Shown: positions 57,001 through 64,000 of the stretch, in pieces
Numbering within the stretch: position 1 is the stretch's first letter
Layout of the letters: every line of letters starts with the position of its first letter
NCBI GenBank assembly: GCA_012295275.1
Contig: CM022679.1
Span: 6,076,001 to 6,140,000 of the forward strand
Length of the DNA: 64,000 bases
Direction: 5' to 3'
From: Chrysomallon squamiferum
Lineage: Eukaryota > Animalia > Mollusca
Notes under the pieces: generated by a model
The model's input: only the letters and a program-made list of their open reading frames with translations
What the model was told of the DNA's origin: nothing
Database searches by the model: none
Program-made: the position numbers and the translations under genes

Positions 57001-59923
57001 AAATCAGTTTTAATTTTTATTTATATATCTATTCTTTTATTTTTAGTTTTTGCAACTTTGAAAAATGTAATTTGAAGACAAAATTCATGATTTTACTTGC
57101 AAAATATTAAAATCAGTTAACATCCTTTTATGCACAATCAGAAACATATTCTGTATTCAAAAATATAAAAAAAAAGTTATGTACTGTGAAAAATAAATAA
57201 TAAACATGCATTTTAACAATACTTGAATACTTTTTAATATTCAACTGTGACTAAATGCCATTATAAAAATAAAGATATGAAGAAGAAGCCTGTAGCTATC
57301 AGTTCATTTGCTGTATCTATTAGCAGCAAGGGTTTCTAAATATGAACCTTCCCAAGGCCAGTAAAGTATATATTGGTGAACCAGTTGTGGCACAGAAAAA
57401 AGTCCGAACTATGCTGTAAGTAGAAGTGATGCTATGACATATTATAGCATAGTTGTATGTTATTATAGTATAGTTGTATGCTCTATGCATTGATCTACAG
57501 TACAGTCAAATGTTCTGTCCACTGATCTACAATCGACAGCTTTTTTGGTCTGACAAGAAATATAAGATCTGTAACTGTTAACTTTTTAGAGTATCATATT
57601 TAGACAGCATATTTCTTATCTAGTACAACAGTCTGAAGATTGAACAAGTTGTTACATATTGACAACATGTTTAATGTGTTGAAGTGTTTTTAACATTATT
57701 GTCTGTTATCCCTTAGGTGAACAAACCAGTTTTCTGCATAACAGAGACAAAAGCTGGGTACTACTGTATACATGTAGAATCTACTATTATATATTATTAC
57801 AATGTGTTATCTGTAGCCATCACAGCCTGCTGGACAATAAAAAGAAGCCATTACAGCAGGTAATTTTACCTGTGTTATTATCATCTATCTATAACAGGCC
57901 AATCATTTCACCCTTAAGCCAGTTTTCTACAATGGATGCTATTTTCTGCTCAGAAAAGCTTGAAATCTGTTGCACCATGTGTATGAGAGCGAATGTGATA
58001 CTTTTTACTGCAGTCAACTGGCCTGGTAACATTCAGTTTACAGAACCCAGTCATATGGCAAGCCTGGCACTAAGAGGGGTTATCAGAGGTTGTCTTACAA
58101 TGAAGATTAACCTCTTTGTTACCTCTCCTTTCCACCCATTAATTTTTTTTTTTATCACAATGAAGCTGTAGCAGGCCTGTAGAAGGAGCAGGGAAAGGCT
58201 GGGGGGTAACTGGCAATTGTAAAATGATGTTCAGCATATTACTCAGTGTCTAAGAGTGAAAATGAAAAAGACCTGAGATCACATTTCAAGATTACAGGTG
58301 TCAGAACGAGAAATACCAGCATGGTGCTAAAAGACATCTTGATTTATGCCAGGAATATATTAATTAACAACATTTTTTTTTTAACTGTCACAAAAATGTT
58401 CACTTTTAAAACAGAATAAGATATTTATTATTTTGATAAGTATATTAGATTTATATTGTGTTTCAAAATAAACAGAATTTAATATATATATATATCTTTT
58501 AATAGTATTATAAAAAATGCTTTGTTGGTGAAACTTCAAATAGAATAAATGGTAATCAGCAAACGAGTCTGTTCGTGTTTTCTTAACCAGTTTGGGAGTA
58601 AAAAAACCGAATAGATTAGTGACACCTGTTGAATTCAGGAGTAAGGCACTAATAAACAAAATAAGGAAAGAGGTTATGAGAACATATAAAAAATCACGTG
58701 AATAAAAATCACGTGGATAAGGGGAGCACAGTAGAAAATTTGTGAAGAAAAAATAATTTAAGAAGGGCACTTCTAACTAAAATAGTGCCATATTTTAATT
58801 CTTAATATTTGAAATAATTATTTATAATTTTACCAAATGATCAACGCTACCAATATGTAAGAGGAAATCCTTCAGTATAAAATCACTAAGATTCTAATAC
58901 TAACACACAGTAAATCAAATGACTAATGGCACAGTTGTCACATGTTAAGACAAAATCAGAAAGACTCAAATATTCTGGAACACATTCAAAAAATTAAGCC
59001 CCATCTGTTTGTCACTGAATAACATCAGAAATATTTAAACAGCAAGAATCAATGAAAGAACTGGCCAACTTTTTCCAGGTTGCCATGTTGACTTTGGTCA
59101 GGCAGGCATTTGACTTCAAATGTCTCACCAGTCCCGTTTCAAAATTCTTCAAAGCCGGGACTTTTCCTTGAGGTCTTACAGCAAAGCCTTGCCACCTTGT
59201 TCCTGGCAGTGTACAAGTCTCCCCAGCCAGCCTTGTTGCTTTGTTTGCTGACCAAACGTGCCAACAACTGGAAATGCTTTCACTCTTTGTACAGGCTAAA
59301 CTGAATCCATTTACAACTATGGCCTTGCTGCCTTATACAAACCAAGGTTTCTCTCTGACATATGAAACACACAGCAGGGACCCTGTCACAACAATAACAA
59401 TGTGGTTTGTGGAAATACAGGAAACTTGTTTTTATTAATTAAAGGGAGAACTGTTGTGGATTTGAAATGAATGATGCTTTAAACTCTGTTCAAAGCAATC
59501 AAATGGGTTGGTGTAAAAAAAAAAAAAATATGTATGTAAAAAATCAACTTACCTGAATTACATAATTAAAGCAAAAAATAGAAAGATAGAAATACCTTGA
59601 TGTAGGAATAATTATAAAAGCTGTATTTGCAATAATAGTGTAATAAAAATAAAAATTTAAAGTTAAAAAAATAACCTACTTCCTCCTCTGAAAACAACTC
59701 ATGCAAAACTAACAGTTATGCAAAAGTAAAAAAAAAGCAAAGAATTATAATTTAAAATGAAAAGTGTACATACCTGTACAGCGCTGTTAAGGAAGCAGTT
59801 GTTTTCACCAGGTGCATTGCGTAAACCTTTAGTCATGGAGAAGGCAATGCTGTTGTGTCTGTCCCATGTGTCATGATAGGGGTTGGGACAGTTTGCAGGT
59901 AACATGTAATCCAAGTCATCCAT
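21961..59923 (-). CDS. USP54: USP53/USP54/echinus-family ubiquitin-specific protease, ~1796 aa; exons 59923..59774, 42885..42793, 40874..40740, 34992..34879, 33204..33125, 32948..32843, 32485..32428, 31795..31701, 31033..30890, 30483..30330, 30076..28100, 27491..27366, 26981..26837, 26536..25227, 24006..23933, 22590..21961
   Basis: GT-AG introns with consistent phases (5391 nt). Motifs [110 protein letters not shown]. Later [13 protein letters not shown] and a helical MIT-like segment (27491..26837). An in-frame TAG upstream of the ATG supports the start. Probably the co-ortholog of vertebrate USP53 and USP54. Confidence 0.93.
23034..23045 (-). CDS. Candidate 12-nt frame-preserving microexon (KFLA) of the USP53/54-like gene
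   Basis: Minus strand reads cactaacttaactaacttgctaacatgctgtag|AAGTTTCTGGCG|gtaagt; phase 0-0 fits the flanking exons. Confidence 0.6.
25227..26536 (-). CDS. USP54: USP53/54-like Ser/Gln-rich exon (1310 nt)
   Basis: Contains most of ORF 25219..26610; acceptor ttaacag|A, donor ACAG|gtacat. Confidence 0.88.
28100..30076 (-). CDS. USP54: USP53/54-like large disordered exon (1977 nt)
   Basis: Contains ORF 28077..29792; phase 1-1 with its neighbours. Confidence 0.88.
30890..31033 (-). CDS. USP54: USP53/54-like His/Asp-box exon
   Basis: [31 protein letters not shown]|gtgagt. Confidence 0.92.
31861..32165 (+). mobile_element. Dispersed repeat copy A (~260-bp core plus CA/TGCA microsatellite tail; SINE- or non-autonomous-element-like)
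   Basis: 31861..32122 is the reverse complement of 60186..60446, roughly 90% identical by eye. Confidence 0.8.
32736..33035. repeat. (AAT)n microsatellites on both sides of USP exon 32948..32843
   Basis: Tracts at ~32736-32788 and ~32953-33035. Confidence 0.9.
41635..41725 (+). repeat. Degenerate ~22-bp tandem repeat carrying E-boxes (CACCTG, CACGTG, CACTTG)
   Basis: About four units like gtgtaaggtattgctatcactt. Confidence 0.55.
50966..51023. repeat. (CT)n microsatellite
   Basis: Read directly. Confidence 0.95.
51915..52460. promoter_or_regulatory. Cluster of CAGGTA/CAGGTG (ZEB/Zfh/Snail-type) sites; candidate intronic cis-regulatory module
   Basis: Sites at 51958, 52010, 52090, 52190, 52214, 52226, 52416 and 52453. 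Confidence 0.5.
56552..58592. promoter_or_regulatory. Cluster of AACCAGTT (Grainyhead-type) sites; candidate epithelial enhancer
   Basis: Exact AACCAGTT at 56552, 56717, 57379, 57724 and 58585. Confidence 0.5.
59774..59923 (-). CDS. USP54: USP53/54-like first coding exon (Cys box); exon begins at acceptor 60012
   Basis: MDDLDY...[12 protein letters not shown]|gtatgt. Confidence 0.9.
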
Positions 59924-60134
59924 GATTATAGTTATTGAAAATAACAAACACAAATCACTAAATTACTGGGGACGATAATTCTAATTCATCCATGAGATGA
60001 ACTCGTTAAACCCTGTAAAGAAAATAATAAAACAATTACTGAAGAGTTTACCAAGTAATAATGATACAACAGTTATCTATGAACAGTTTTATTCCATAAT
60101 GCAAATATTATATGGTGTGTGCAGGTGTAGGGGT

Positions 60135-60446
60135 GTGTATATGTGTGCGTGTGCATGTGCATGTGCGTGTGTGTGTGCATGTGCATGCATATGCACATAT
60201 AGGTTAAACTTCTGTTTTTATCAAAGTCATATTTTACACAGAAAATTTTAAGATTTATTAATCATATTGTTTCAGAATTTTTAGATTAGTAGCAATACCA
60301 AACAGAATTCTGTTTATTCTCTTTATTCAATAAGGAAACCAAATTAAAAAAATATATTCTCAACATGACACCAAATTCACTCTTATTTTTATTTCTAGGG
60401 TAACAAATATCTTAAGTTACAATAATATTACTGTTTTATTTTTAAG
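60135..60446 (-). mobile_element. Dispersed repeat copy B, inverted relative to copy A
   Basis: Same core sequence and microsatellite tail on the opposite strand. Confidence 0.8.
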
Positions 60447-63171
60447 ATAAAATTTGTTTAGAGTTTCAACAGGTTATCTGAAACAATGGAATAATTTAAG
60501 AGACATGTCAAAAGGGGAAATAAGACAAAGATAAAAATAATGAAATCTCTGTGTTTTTGAAGCAGAAGAGTTCTGAAAAGGTCCATTGCCAGAACCAATT
60601 ACTTTAATGTTTGTTTTTATCTGTACTGCTGGCACCTGGAGGGAACCAATGGCTGGAAAAGTGGAAGAGTTTGTGTTTTCTTAATGATTAAAAACTGGTA
60701 ACTCATTAACTCAAGTGCAGAGTAATAAACCACACAACCCTGTCAGGTCAAAATGTGCATAAATCAGTAGTCAGTTTATAATGGATTCTCCTTTAAAAGC
60801 AAACAAAAGAAAAGAAGAAGAAAATGCTGATTCTATGAAAAAAAATTATGGTAATTTATTCTGATTTCTTTTAAACCAGTTTTCAAGTTTAGAAACACTT
60901 TTAACAAAGAAAACTTTGTCACCACAGTCTTTATAAAAAAAATTAGCTATTCTTTCCATTTACCAGCAAGGATCTTTTGAAGTACACCTATACTTTCATA
61001 CCGACAAGAAAACATACCCTGACATTTTCTATCAGATCTTTTCTGTTTGTTTTTATAAATATATATTCAAAAGATTTTTTTAAAAACCCACAAATCTGAC
61101 AAAAATAAAATAAAATAAAATAAAATTCAAGAATCACCAAAACAATATGTATAACATTAAGTCTTAATGACAAACCTTTTAAAAATGTATAATAGATTTA
61201 TATAACCTTAAAATATAAATATAAAAAGCTGAACAAAGATTTGAATTGCAAAAAAATCCAGTGTATGACCATATTCATTAAACCCTTTGTACATAGTAAC
61301 TGGGTGAATATGTATTTTTCCTTCTTGATAAAATTCATCTTCCTCAAATAAGCTTATCAAACAAAGGACTGCTGTCATAAGTCTTGGACAGATCTATGTC
61401 AAAATAATAAATATGTTTACTTTATACTTGATGTATCTGTTTACTGAGCTGGATAAAATAGTGTTTTCTCTCTGCATAAAAAAAAATAAACTAACTGAAC
61501 AAAGAGTGGCTGTCTGACAGATATCTGGAAAGCAAGGGGAATAGATAAATATCACAGAGAAGAGGGGGACTGTTATGCTGTGCTAAAACAACATTCATGT
61601 TTACTCATGTGGTGCATGCTCTATGTTGACAATGCATACTGGTGCATCTGCTGGAATCCAGTGTATTGTTCTGGGAGCAGAAATAGCTTGTGTCCTTTTC
61701 AGTTTGATTTTTTTTTTTTCATTTTTATTGAAGATCCTAACAAAGAATCTTTTGTGTGTTTATATTTATCAGTGTATGTGTAAATGAAAGACTAGCTTTC
61801 CTAGATGTGTCTGTCTGGACTGCATGCCCATTACAAACATGCTTTAAGCTTCAGTGGAAGCACATGTCAGATTAATGGATGAGTGACTGAATATAAGAAT
61901 GCCATTAGAATTTAAAGATAATCACTTGATTTTATAATTATTAAACTTTTCTTTTTAAAATTTGTTTCAGCAATATTAAAATATTTTTTCTTCATTTTTT
62001 TTATATATTTGTCTGTCTTCTTAATATTTTTCATACATATAACACACACACACACACTCATGTACACACACAAACCTATATATACATGTACAATTAACCA
62101 TACAGGTGTTACAGATACTAACATATGGAAACATATTTTCAAAAGCATCTTTTCTAATAAAAATTCAGAAACTAACAACATATTTATATTCAAAGTTTAA
62201 CAGTACAATTAGTCTCTCAAGTTTTGCTTCATTAAATACAAAGCATCAACTTAATAATAATATTCAGCATCTTACAAATACATCTTCCCTGTAATGGTTT
62301 TTCTGAATCACCACGGTGTATAGAGATTTATTAAATACATGAAACGGAAATGACTGCATAAAGGAAAAATGTATGTCTTAAAGAAAAACAAGTCATCCAT
62401 GACTAGATATATGTATATAACATGTATATAAATATATTTTGTCTTGCCTGACTGGTTATCCTGTATAAGATTTTTTTTATAATGTAAGCATGATGATGCA
62501 GTTTATTTATGTGGTGAATTAATAAGAAACCGGTCAGTAAAATATAATTTGAATATATTCTAAAAACTGTTTTATAGATTCACAAAAAAATCATAAAAGA
62601 AAAAAAAAAGAAGTTTCATGTATAAATAAAGTGTGTAGGATAATGTATTAGTGAAAAAATATAGTTAATGTATCAGTCAAGAGAAAAAGTAGTTACTACA
62701 TTTGACTTGTTAAATAAATATGAAAGAATTAGACAGCTTCTTCAAAACTACATTGTTTGTCTCACTGAATGTGTACAAATAGTTAAATCAATAGACACAT
62801 GCATGTGCTTGTATGTTTGTATAATTGTATGTGTACTTTCATAAAACAGACTATAACATTCTGCTCTTTCCAAAAGCATATGCATGCACACATAAAATAG
62901 ATGTTAAATAATCAAAATGAAATATATTCTTTAAAAATATAACATAATATATAATCTAATCAGTATTATAATTAAAAAAAACAAAAACAAAAATCAAACA
63001 AAAACCCCTCCCCACCATTCTGAAAAAATAAAATAATAATATTAATAATAAATAAATGAATAAAACCCATTAAATAAACAGCTTACTAAACTTGCACTTC
63101 AGATCAAGAACAAAACATAAAAAAGATGACATTAACAGATGAAAAGTGAAAATCCTATACTGATCATTTAC

Positions 63172-63410
63172 CTGGGGGCTAAACTAACGAGGTGAAGTTA
63201 AAAAGGTGAACTCTTGTTGATCTCAGGTAAAAATAGCCCAGGTGATTATTTGCTGCTGAACCGTAACCTGCTGCATTATAGAGTCCAGTTGAGCATGGAC
63301 AATGGAAAGCGGAGCCTTATAAATCAGAGCTCAAAACCATCAAGTGTGAGCCCGAAAGCTTCAGATGACAAGTTGCGTCCAAGCTTTTCAATTGGTGAAA
63401 GATGTCAATG
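63172..63410 (-). other. Probable non-coding 5' exon of the USP53/54-like gene
   Basis: GC-richer block ending in minus-strand donor CCCCAG|gtaaat at 63172/63171; its 5' boundary is uncertain. Confidence 0.35.
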
Positions 63411-64000
63411 CTTTTTCTTTTTTATTTGTTGTGGTAGATAATAGTTGGAGATCTGATAATTCATAGTTTGAAAATCAGATTATCATGTTTCCATTGTAAT
63501 CACTATATAGACAGGTAGAATATGAAAGCACTATATACTACTTTGAAATGATTTGAAGCATTTAATTTTTTTTCAAAAGGAATACACTTGAAGAAATTTG
63601 AAAATGATAAACAACACTTGAGTGAGAAAGAGAAAAAAAGAGACACTCTTGCAAGAGAGAAAGAGGGAGAATTATTTTTAATCATAATACAAAAATAAAT
63701 AAATAAACATATGAAAATGTTTAAATAAGCAAAGCTTTCAGTTTAATGGCAATCTCCATCTACAGTGGCCTTCAGCATATAATGCTTTTCAGCTGACAGC
63801 CACAAAAATTAATAAATGTATTCTCAAAATAAACTTGTTTACCATTTTAATATGTGCACCTTTTATCAAAATTGACCTATTATTTCAAACTTATCAGCCT
63901 CTATTTGAAAACTCTACAATAGTAGTAATAATAATAATAAACTTTTCTCAGTTTACATTAATTCCTCATAACACTGAAGTAAACATTCTGTAAAATGGTT

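Noticed and set aside
59080-59440. GC-richer block as an alternative coding exon
   Set aside because: The minus-strand frames I checked contain stops and show no Cys-box similarity.
1-64000. CRISPR arrays, prokaryotic operons, rRNA/tRNA/snRNA genes
   Set aside because: The DNA is spliceosomal-intron eukaryotic sequence; I saw no repeat-spacer array or recognisable structural RNA gene. snoRNAs cannot be excluded without a covariance search.

Overview
AT-rich, intron-containing invertebrate animal DNA (a mollusc/lophotrochozoan origin is only a guess). I reconstructed four genes by hand, with GT-AG splice sites and consistent reading phases. (1) + strand, 5 exons, 280..6843: a UPF0489/C5orf22-family metal-binding protein with an N-terminal membrane anchor; its intron 2 holds a dead Sola2-like DNA transposon and a long palindrome. 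(2) - strand, 8 coding exons, 14760..10248: an MPPE1/Cdc1-like metallophosphoesterase with GDND in place of GNHD. (3) - strand, 2 exons, 19041..17790: an orphan protein with a PP1-docking RVxF motif, 9-aa repeats and a CRE just upstream. (4) - strand, 16 coding exons, 59923..21961: a USP53/USP54/echinus-family deubiquitinase of about 1796 aa with an intact Cys/His/Asp triad. The most interesting signals are around the USP locus: a C-terminal SILK/RVxF plus A20-like zinc finger, a 12-nt microexon, an inverted repeat pair placed to circularise coding exons 1-7, Grainyhead and ZEB/Snail motif clusters in the 17-kb intron, and the orphan gene, which mirrors the USP tail. No database searches were run, so family calls rest on recalled motifs.
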